Assembly (NCBI GenBank): GCA_030390025.1 | Contig: CM059431.1 | Location: 121,708,001-121,772,000 of the forward strand | Source of the DNA: Squalus acanthias | Taxonomy: Eukaryota | Length of the DNA stretch: 64,000 nt | Direction of reading: 5' to 3' | Part shown: one piece after another, positions 27,191 through 37,472 of the stretch | Numbering within the stretch: position 1 is the stretch's first letter | Layout: each line of letters begins with the position of its first letter | Program-made: the position numbers and the translations under genes | Notes under the pieces: generated by a model | Told to the model about the DNA's origin: nothing | Database searches by the model: none | The model's input: only the letters and a program-made list of their open reading frames with translations

Positions 27191-28939
27191 ATGGAGGAAA
27201 GGATTTCCTCCTATGTGTTCAAAAAGGTGAACATAACTAAGAAGTGGGTACTCAGTCTGCTACGTGCTGAACGTCCAATAGATGCTGCAGCTAAGTGGAC
27301 TGAGAGCAAAGACCACAGGAAATCTGTGGAAAAGGCCTTCTGGTTGATCTGCTCCCAGAAACAGATACAACTGTTGGACAAACGTGTTGAGATACTCAAA
27401 GCAGAACTGCAGGAGTCGGCTCAGCTGTCTCAAGCAAGGGCCCCAGCAGGGGAAACATTACTGAATGAGCTAACAGCACGAGATCAGGAAAGGAGGCAGT
27501 TAGTGGAAACGCACAGGAACAGTCAAGAGTATTTTCAGTGTCAGGTCACCGAAGCAAAAAGCAGTGAACTAGTGTTGAGGGAAGAGAACACCTGCCTTGC
27601 CAGGCAAGTAAAGGAACTAGAGGAGAGGTTAAGAGATGTCCAGGCAGCTTACAAGGTAGCAAGCTCAAGGCGGTATGAAACGGGAGAGCATGGCCCCTGC
27701 CAGAAACAAATAGAAAGTTTGAACCTTGCTCTGTCCAGAGCCAAAGACATGGTATGCCTGTTAAGCAAGGGTATGGCCCGAATGGACCTGGAAGTGCAGG
27801 GGGAAACTATTTGAACACCACCTGTGGCGCCGGGGAACGACCCAGTTGGGCAGCAGGAAGAAAGGGCGATTTGTGAGGCTGGCAGGGAGTGCACACCACC
27901 ACCTGTGGCGCCGGGTTTTGACTCGGTTTGGCAGCAGGCAGAGGTGGGCGAACCAATGCAGGAGAGGTCGGAGCCGGGGCCAATGTGCCCGGTCCGGCAG
28001 CAAAAGTTTGGCCCACCCGGAGGTGGTTGGGATCAAGGAGCCCTTGAAAGCCAATTTGTGGCTCCCCACGGTACCCAACAGCTTAGGGCTATGATAAGCC
28101 ACCTGGGCAAACTCACCCAAAAAGGGGACCCCTCAGTCCACTTCATGGAAGTGGAACATGCAGCAGGCATCAATGACTGTGATGATGCCGAGATGGCCAA
28201 AATGCTCCTGTTTTCACTGGACAGCAAAATCTACCATTCCCTTTCCGCAGAGAGTAAAAGAGGGCAGGGTGGATATGCTGCTATCAGAGAGGGAGTTCTG
28301 GAGGCCATGGGTATGAACGATGGTAGTCCTTTCTCCAGTGTGGAGAAGACTACACAGCTAGTAGGGGAGACCCCACAGGCTTTCGCAGACCGACTGTGGC
28401 CTGTGTACAGGAGTGCCTGTAACGGGGATCTCGACAGGGCTCCTCTGAATCAGGATGAGCTGGCCCACTGGCTCCGAAGTCTGGTGGCAAACAGCTTGCC
28501 ACGGATCAGAGCCAAGGCCGAGCTGTGGTTTGACCCAAGGGACCCCCGGGGCACCGAAGAGACAGTCAGACAACTGACGCTAGCTTACCGAAACGATAGG
28601 GGGACAGAAGAGCATCCACCCAAGGGGAAGGTGCATGAGTTAAAACCCAGCCAGGGTAAGAAACAGTGGCACCAGGAAGGGGGTAACCCTTCCGACACGA
28701 AGTGTAACTGCTTTGGGTGCGTGAAGAGTGGGCATTGGAGGAAGGACTGTAGGAATCCGTGGAAGGATAACTTAGGAAAGAATTCCCCAGCCCCTGCCCC
28801 AAAAGTAGAAACCCCAACCTCTCCCCACACGTTAGACTCGGTCGTAGAAGCGATTCGAGAATTGTTAACTGGCCCAGGAAAGGTAGCCACAGCCATTGGG
28901 ACAGTAACCCCATCTGCCGCACCAAACACAGACTTATGA
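27191..28939 (+). pseudogene. gag: Gag: coiled-coil N-region, capsid, CCHC knuckle; one in-frame TGA at 27812
   Basis: ORFs 26717-27814 and 27824-28939 are in the same frame; MHR-like 'TQLVGETPQAFADRL'; 'CFGCVKSGHWRKDC'. Confidence 0.88.
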
Positions 28940-30419
28940 CTAGAGCCAGCGCAGCCTGTCTACCTGTGTCCCTTGGAGTACGACGCTTGGAAGAGGCCAC
29001 TTGTTAGGATGGAGGTGGAAAAGATGAACGGGACTTATCTGCTAGATACTGGAGCCTCCAGCACCATAGTCTATTCAGAGAATCCCACAATCTCACCTCT
29101 GTCTAACGGGGTCCCGTACAGTTTAGTGGGATTCACAGGTAACGAGCAGGCTGGCTCGTTCTCCGTCCCGCTGCCCATTCATTTAGGAACACTCCACACC
29201 AAGTGGACCTGTGTCCTGATGAAATGGGAGAAAGAGGGGACGGGGATCCTGGGGGCCGACTTTATCACAGGCCACAGGATTTTAGTGGATCTGAGGGACC
29301 ACTGTCTGTGGGGAGCATGTGTGGGTAGAGAAAGTGAAGTGGCAGTCATCCCAGGGAAACAGGGCAAGGGGACCTTGTATACCCTAAAACCAAAGGAAGG
29401 TTACGACCTCAAACAAATGGTCAGTAACACTCCGGTGGAGTACCAGGCATTTGTGCAAGCACACCTCGCAGCATTTGCCACTCACAAGCACGACTGTGGG
29501 AGGGTCAACGGGGTCGAGGTTAGTGTCAGTGGAGACCCCATGATCCGACCACAGAAGCAGTATAACTTCCCCAGGGAGGCGGAAGCAGACATGGAAGCAG
29601 CCATGGCTTCCTTAGTAAAGCAGGGGGTGCTGAGACTGATAGCCACCCATGTAAACTCCCCACTTTGGCCGGTTAGAAAACCGGACAACTCCTGGAGGGC
29701 CACAGTGGACTATCGGGTACTCAACCGTAACATCCCCGCCTGTGCACCCACGGTCGCAGCCGTTGCCGACCTCATTGGAAGTATCCCAGCATCTACAACC
29801 ACCTTCACAGTGCTGGACATTTCCAACGGGTTTTGGTCCATCCCTTTAAGAAGGAGGACCAGTACAAGTTTGCCTTCACGTTTAAAGGCCTGGAACTGCC
29901 TACCCCAGGGTTTCCACAATAGCCCCAGCATTTTTCATCAATGCATGGCAAATTGTCTGAAGGGTTTTAGCTAGCCCCGGCAGTTGGTACAGTATGTGGA
30001 CGACCTGCTCCTGTTCACTGATGAAGGAGAAGAACACGGTCCACTACTGGCTGAACTGCTGGAGCTGCTCAGACACGAAGGCTTTAAGGTAAACCCTAAG
30101 AAGGTGCAGATCGGCCAACAGGAAGTTAAATTCCTAGGGCTAACTGTGCGCGCAGGGAAAAGGGCCATTGACAGAGCCAGGAGGGAAGCAGTGCAGGAGT
30201 TATCAGCCCCAAACACAGTCACAGGGGTAAGATCCTTTCTAGGACTGACTGGGTACTGCAGAGATTTTATTGAGAATTATTCAGCCACAGCGGCCCCTCT
30301 GCTCCGACTCCCACAAAGGTGTAGAGTGGGCTTGGGACGAGGGTTGCGAGGCAGCATTTGTAAAGCTCAAGAAGGATCTGCAGACCGCACCAGCTCTAGG
30401 GGCTATTGATGGGGAGAAA
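28940..30419 (+). pseudogene. pol: Pol part 1: aspartic protease and reverse transcriptase
   Basis: 'LLDTGAS', 'NSPLWPVRKPDNSWRATVDYRVLN', 'LDISNGFWSIPL', 'LPQGFHNSPSIF', 'YVDD'. Stop at 29972 and small frameshifts. Confidence 0.93.
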
Positions 30420-30929
30420 GGGGTAAAAATTCAGTTGGTTGTGCCTCCCGTATGCGCCTTAAGAGGGCGCTAATGGGGCACAAAGCCGCTAGCGCCCGGG
30501 CGCAGCGATGTTTGCGCCGCTCAGGAACTTAACTAGACATTGTGCGGCGGTGCGAAACTTTACCGCTGCGACCACCTGCGCGCGTAGATTGTGACGTCAT
30601 TCCATGGTGCAATGCCCTTGTGGCGCCCCGGAGCGGAAATTGAGTGGCACCCTCTGCCTTACCGCCTGGCGCATCCAACGACCGGAAGACTGGAACGCTA
30701 TCAATCGCTGTGGGGCTGGGGGGGCGCTATTTAAAGGGGGCCTCTTCCTGTCTTTTTCTGTGGTTGACATTTTTGCACCACTCGTTCTGAGAGAGAGAGA
30801 GATATTCGGAGAGAGAGAAAGAGAGACTTCTGCATTGAGTCAACGCTGTGTGAGGTAGTTTTGCCTACTGATCCTAACTTCGCTGGTACTTTGGTTGCTG
30901 TCCTTCATAACTTTGCTTGCAAAGAGACT

Positions 30930-32090
30930 ATGGGGGCTGCACTGATTGGGGGCGTCGTCCTGCTCCAGCTGAATCGGAGGACACAGAGACGCAGAGAGAG
31001 AGTGCCAATGATAGCCAGACGGAGGAGGGCCAACAGGCGTATGTACAGGAGAGCTTACCCTCCCAGGGTATATCGTGAACAGCTCTCCTACATTCATATG
31101 TCTGAGGAGCTGTGTTTGCGAAGGCTGTGATTCAGCAAGGAGGTGGTCACTGAGCTCTGCCAGCTGCTGCAGCCAGATCTGTAGCCTCAACTGAGGTCCA
31201 GGACGTCTCTGTCGGTGGCAGTGAAGGTCACAGTGGCTCTCAACTTCTATGCTACTGGCTCATTTCAAGCTGCTGCTGGGGACCTCGCCAATATCTCCCA
31301 GTTCGCGGTGCATTGCTGCATCCGGCAGGTCACAAATGCCCTCTTTAAAAGGAGACGAGAGTTCATCTCTTTCCCCATGACCCCAGACAAGCAGCGTGAC
31401 CGCGCTCTGGGCTTTGCGAGGATAGCGGGCTTCCCCATGGTGCAGGGCGCCATTGACTGCACGCATGTGGCTTTGCGTGCTCCACATGAGAATGCCGAGG
31501 AATTCCGGAACAGAAAGGGGTTCCATTCCTTGAATGTTCAGTTGGTCTGTGACCACAGACAGCTGATACTCGCTGTCAATGCCCACTATCCCAGCAGCTG
31601 CCACGATGCTTTCATCCTGCGCCAGACTACTGTGGCAGAACTTTTCGAGGCACCGCATCAGTCAGTTGGTTGGCTTCTCGGGGACAAGGGGTATCCATTG
31701 AGCACCTGGCTGATGACACCGCTCCGTACGCCCAACCCCCCTGCTGAGCTGCGGTACAACGAGAGCCATCAAGCTACCAGGAACATCATTGAGCGCACAA
31801 TCGGCGTGCTGAAGCAACGGTTCCGCTGTCTCGACCATTCTGGAGGAGCCCTGCAGTACTCGCCTGAGCGAGTATCCAACTTCGTAGTTGTGTGCTGCAT
31901 GTTGCATAACATGGCAATCGTCAGGACCCAGCCAATGCAACCAGGCCTTGGAGCACCACCAGAGGAGGAGGAGGATGAGGAGGAAGAGGACGAGGAGGAT
32001 GATCATCAGCAGCACCAAGGCGGGAGGGCGGCCCACAATGGTGAAACTGCAAGGGCCGTCCGTCAACGGCTGATAGCAAGCCGCTTCTAG
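30930..32090 (+). pseudogene. Harbinger DDE transposase (HARBI1-like), two in-frame stops
   Basis: 'GAIDCTHV', 'NRKGFHSLNVQLVCD', 'HDAFIL', 'WLLGDKGY', 'RNIIERTIGVLKQRFRCL'. Confidence 0.95.
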
Positions 32091-32402
32091 GGCCCCTGCT
32101 GTGGAAATGGCTTCTGCCATTGCTAACAACATCAATGAACCCAGCACGCAACCCCTAAGCCAGCAAAGGCACCAATGATTCCAAACACCAAACATGTATA
32201 TTTTGAATACAAAAACTTATTTATTTTACAAACTCTGTGTGTGTCATTTCCTCATGACAAACTCATAGAAATAAACACAAAAAAACAGTCATTAACATAA
32301 CTGGTTCTCACAACCTGGAGATAATGTCCAAAACACTAGACAAAAGTTGGACCACGAACCTCGGCCTTTAATAAAAAAATGACCAGCATTTTGTCACACC
32401 TC

Positions 32403-34216
32403 CTACTTTTTGCCCTTCAAGGGTGATTTCCTTCCCTTGCGCACTTCCCCCCTTCTAACCCTACTGCTCCTCCGTAATGGGACCTCAGTGGCTGCAGCAA
32501 GGCTGGTGGAAGGCTGCAGATTGTCAGACCCTGACACTGCAGATGCCCCTGAAGGACGGCCTCGACCAGTTCTGGGCCTGGAGGGCCCGGCTGCAGACTG
32601 CACCAACTCTGCATGGGCGGCAGCAGTCTGTCCTACAGGCGGTGGCAAGTGCAGTGGAGAAGTGACAGTGTTGGCAGCAGGAATGCTGTCAGCATGAGAG
32701 AGGACAGCAACTCCCTGCTCGCCCGACACACTGGCACTCCCACGGGGCAGCACTTCAGCATCGGGAGCAATCTGCTGGAGCACAGATTGCTGGCCTGCTG
32801 CGGCGCGGTGAGAGCCCTGGGGACATGTGAACGAACCATCAAGGTTGGCAGCAGTCAGTGCTCGCGTGGCCTCAATCTGCATGAGAGCAGTCAGAGATGG
32901 GATCACGGCAGTCAGTGACTGAATTGCAGCACTAAGCGTTAGTGTGGCATCCGCCTGTGCTACAGCGAAGTGCTCCACACTCCTTGCCAGTGACTCAATG
33001 CATTCGGGCACCCTTCCCACTGCACCCATGAGCTCAGTGTGCATGCCCACCGCCTGGGTGTTCATTTCTGCGATCAGCCGCTCCTGCTCTGCGTCCATTG
33101 CAGTAGGAGTCGCTGGCATACTCTCCCTCTGGGGAGAAGGCCCCCGTTCTTCCCTACCCCCATGGCGTTGCTGCAGCCCGCTGGGTCCTGGAGCTTCACC
33201 CTCATCAGACCCTTCCCCCCTGCTCCCCTCCAGGGAAGGCGTGTTCCCAGTGTGGGCATGGGCTTCCTCGGGAGACGGTGGCACTGATGCTCCGGCTTCC
33301 TCTTCCTCCTCGGCTGCAGCTTCACTCCCACTGGCAGCTTCAGGGCCCGTCTCCTCAGCTGGTGAATCACCATCTGAAAGCCGGGAGGTACAAGAGTGGC
33401 TTTAGCGTGAGGACAGGGTGGCAGTAAGGGAGGAATAAGTGCAGCGAGTTAGCAAGTTGGATTGAAAGTGTCAAAGGCTGGTGTTGTGAGGGACAAGTGG
33501 AAGGACAGAGGACAAAAAGGTGATGACCTTACCATTGCTGTCCAGAACGGGGTCAGCGTCTCCAGTGGCGACGGGACCGATCACCCGGCTTGCCACAATC
33601 CTGTGGACGCGCTCCTCAAGATCGCTGAGGGGTTGCAGCTGAGGCCGCCCTCCACCTGTCCGTTGCTGCTGTCTCCAATTATGCGCCAGCTTGGCCTGCA
33701 AGTAAAAGGACAGCATCTGAGTAAATATACAGCCATGGTCTTGCCTGATGTGCCTCCCATAGGTGAATAGCCCTTACTGTATGCAGCCATGGTCTTGCCT
33801 GATGTGCCTCCCATAGGTGAATAGCCCTTACAGTATGCAATGTGTGGAATGTGTGTGTGTGTTTCATGAAAGGGCCATAGGTGTTGGATGAGTGTTGTGC
33901 ATTGGGGTTTTAAGACCCTCTGGCCATAGAGTGAGGTTGAGATGGAGGGATGGAGAGGTATTGAGAAAAAGCCACTCACCCTGACGACCCGAGTGAGGTC
34001 GTTGAACTTTTTGCGGCATTGAACATGGGTCCTGGGCACCATGCTCCTGGAGGAGACGCTCTGAGCCACCTCCCTCCACACTCTTCTGTACTCGCGTGGC
34101 AAAGGCCTCCTGCCACTCTCAGGGAAGAGTATACATCTTCAGCGCTCCACCGCGCCAACCAGAGCATCCAAGGCCCGCTCGGTGAAGCGCTGAGCTCGTT
34201 CTCTCACCCTCTCCAT
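32403..34216 (-). pseudogene. Harbinger Myb/SANT-like protein gene; exons ~34216-33980, 33695-33533, 33373-32403
   Basis: 'RAQRFTERALDALVGAV...VWREVAQSV..RTHVQCRKKFNDL'; GT-AG introns (gtgagt/ttgcag, gtaagg/tttcag); basic C-terminus. Confidence 0.88.
33730..33838. repeat. 54-bp tandem duplication in the Harbinger intron
   Basis: 'cagccatggtcttgcctgatgtgcctcccataggtgaatagcccttac' starts at 33730 and 33784. Confidence 0.9.
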
Positions 34217-34577
34217 CCTTGGCAGCAAAATGGATTCACAGGTCTCTCCAGGCCGAGATTCAAGGCTGCAATGAGTAGGGTGTGGCTGGGGAGCAAGTTG
34301 GCCCCCCCGCTTTAAGAACTGGCCGGCGCCAGTGTGTCTGTGTTCCCTCGCTAACTGGCAGCGCCTGCGCTGCGCCCGCGCGCTGAGTTTGTGCCTCACT
34401 GCTCGGCCTTTGCACCTTAAGACAGTTGTGCAGCGCCTGATTTAGCGCTCCACTCACCTCCCGGGGCGGTAAAAGTGAAGTTTCCAGTCAGTGCCGATAA
34501 TTAGCGCCAGGCGCTAATTTTTGCGTCCAGACGATATTTGCTCCCCAAATGGGGCGCGACCTAATTTTTCCCCCAAA

Positions 34578-36920
34578 GAGTTTTTCCAGGAGGTGGCAGC
34601 CAGCGGGGACAGTCTGAGTGCTGTGCTGCTCCAAGAGAGGCACGACAGGCTGAGACCAGTGGTCTACTCCGCCAGGATACTCACTGATGTGGAGAAGGGC
34701 TACTCTAACTGTGAGAGGCAGCTCCTCGCCACTCACTGGGCTGTGAAAAGATCATTGATCTTCACAGGCACATCTCCCATCACCCTGCTCACCCATCACA
34801 CGCCCACCCAGATGCTCCTAGATGGGAGAATCAAAGATGGGACAGTGAGCAGTGCCCGCATTGCCCGCTGGACCCTACTTCTCTCCCAGATGGACCTAAG
34901 GGTAAAAGGTCTCTGCGAGCCGAGGCTCGCAGCCAATCTGATTTACCCAGGGAACGCCCACCGGTGTTCCATTGAAGGGGTATGGGAAGTCAACATAGGT
35001 TTTCGGGCCGGGATACACACCACAGGCCGCAAAATCTATGTGGACGGTTCGAGCACAGTATCTGCTGGAGAACGACTCAAAGGGTGTGGAGTTTATGACC
35101 CAGAGGCGGACATTGCCTTGGCCATTAAACTCCCCAGCACCATGAGCGCCCAGCAGGCTGAACTGTCTGCAGTGGTGTATGTGGTTACACACCCCGAGAA
35201 GTTCCCTACCCCATACACGATTTGCTCGGACAGCATGTTCACATGCAATTCGTGTACGGAGTACCTGGCCATCTGGTCCCGTCGCGGATACACCTCCGCT
35301 GATGGGAGACCCCTTACCATAAAGCCCCTGTTGGAGAGAATCATGGCAGCAGTGGGGGAGGAAGGGAAGGTTTTTATCCATAAGGTAAAGGCCCACTCTA
35401 AGAAAGAGCCCAAGTGGGAAAACAACCACAAGGCAGACAAGCTGGCCAAACAGGGGGCCAGAGAAGGAGTATTCTGGGACCCGTACCAAGCGGGTCCAGT
35501 AGCAGCAGTCCGGGCAAGGGGAAGCACACAGGGTGTAGCTTTGGCCCCGGAATTAAAGCAGGCCCAAGCCCAGGACACAGTCCTCAAGACTGTCCTGAAC
35601 AGGCTTGAAAAAGGGGAGAAAGTAGAGGGCCCGTACGGCGCAGTAGCCATTACCGTAAAGGAAGGCATGCTGTTCAGGGGGGAGCAGTGGGTGGTGCCAC
35701 AGCAGCACCGAAGGGAATTCCTCCAACTGGCCCATGAGCGTCCAGGAGCGGGGCATCCCGGACCTGAGACCACCTGGCAACGGGTGGAACAGACAGGATG
35801 GTGGCCAGGACTCCGGGAAGATGTCCGCGAGTTTTGTGCAGGCTGCCTAGTGTGTGCTGCTAACAACCCAGACCCCCAGAAAAGGAAGGTGTCCATGGGA
35901 CACATCAGGAGGGTAGAGGGACCATGGCAGTCGATCCAGATCGACTACATCGGGCCCCTACCCGCTGCCCAAGGAGGTTTTAAGTACTGCCCAGTCCTGG
36001 TTGATGTGTTCTCAAAGTGGGTAGAAGCATTCCCATGCCGTACGGCTACTGCATTGGGTACGGCTAGGATCCTAGTCAGGGAAATGTTCTCACGATGGGG
36101 AGTACCACAGTATGTGGAGTCCGACCAGGGGAGTCATTTTACTGGGCAGGTTATGCAAGAGACCCTCAGGGTGCTCGGCAGAGAGGGGAAATGGCACGTC
36201 GCCCACAACCCGCAGTCATCAGGTCCTGTGGAGCATTTAAACCGTACCATTAAGGAAAGGCTACGGAAGGAAACGGGAGACTCACCCAAAAGATGGGTAG
36301 AACTCTTACCGTTGGTCTTAATGGGGATCCGAGCCAGCCAGTCAAAAAGCACGGGGTATTCCCCACACGAGCTCATGACTGGCAGGGTTATGCGGACCCC
36401 CACCCATGTGCTAGCCCCGGTGCTCACGGAAGGGCAGCTCAGAGAGGTGAACCGGGACAGATTCGTCAGGAATCTGTTGGGCCACCTTAAACAGGTCCAG
36501 TGGCAGGCTGCGAGCAACATGGGAAAACAGCATCGGAGTAACCGATTGCTGCTCCAACCCCGCAATCACCACGAGTGGGAGGTGGGAGATCAGGTCATGG
36601 TTAGGAATTTTGCCCGGTTGGGGAGATTCGAACCATTGTACATGGGGCCCTACCACATTGTGGACAAGGCAAGCCCCATGGTCTATGCCATAAAGATGCC
36701 CCGCCGTACAAAGTGGTTCCATATCAACCAATGCAAGCTGTTTAAACCCGAGAAAAGGGAACAGTCAGCAAAGGTGGACCACCCCAAAGTTAGAAATCCC
36801 CAGCCAGCAGCTGTGGCAGACGCACAGGCTGCAGCAACAGGGACCGTGGCTTGTATCACATTGGGTACACTCCACCGATTATGTGGGACTCAGGCACACC
36901 CCCAGTGGCCAGAGTCCTGA
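34578..36920 (+). pseudogene. pol: Pol part 2: degenerate RNase H (tether), second RNase H, integrase
   Basis: 'EKGYSNCERQLLA'; then 'IYVDGS..SAQQAELSAV..ICSDS..HKVKAH..NHKADKLAK'; HHCC 'AH..GHPG..CLVC'; 'IDYIGPLP', 'SDQGSHF', 'SSGPVEHLN', 'GPY'. Confidence 0.95.
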
Positions 36921-37472
36921 GAAGGTCTCCTCGCACACCACAGCCTAAACTGCCGTGGTCACCGGTACATCAGTGGGTCAGCCCAAAAGGGGCTGCAACC
37001 CGAAAAGGAGTGCCCAAGGCCAGGGAGCGTTCAAAAGTTAGGGATCCCCAGCCGGCAACCTCACGCTGCGGGGAACCCACAGGACAGGACAGGGACTCAG
37101 CAGCCACACCAAAGGAGGGGACACTCCCGGGATTGTCAGGGATTCAGGGAAACCCTCAGTTGTTCTAAGAAGGACTCTCAAGTTCCTGCGGTACAGGCCA
37201 CCTTACGTCCAGGCGTACAGGCTGCTCAGAAGCTGCCCAAGGTAGAGGCCATGCAGGGATTGAGCTGGCCGTCCGGAGATGGGCGGCGAATGTACAGAGT
37301 TTTAATTTTAGGTGTTTTACAGTTTTGGTAGTTTTAGGATTTTAAGAATTCTAGTTTTAAGGATTTTAGTAAGTAAGTTTAAAGATCTCAAGAATCGATC
37401 ACCCGTCAAGCCGAAGAACCTTCTCGGGACATGGCTGTCTGTTTTGTGTGTCCCTACAGAGAGGAAATCGGC

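Larger units (their letters stand above)
30420..34574. mobile_element. Complete PIF/Harbinger transposon inserted in pol
   Basis: TIRs GGGGTAAAAATT / AATTTTTCCCCC; TSD AAA. Excision restores the pol frame 'ALGAIDGEKEFFQEVAAS'. Confidence 0.95.

Noticed and set aside
35093..35905. 270-aa antisense ORF in pol
   Set aside because: Likely a shadow of the GC-rich pol frame; no independent motif.
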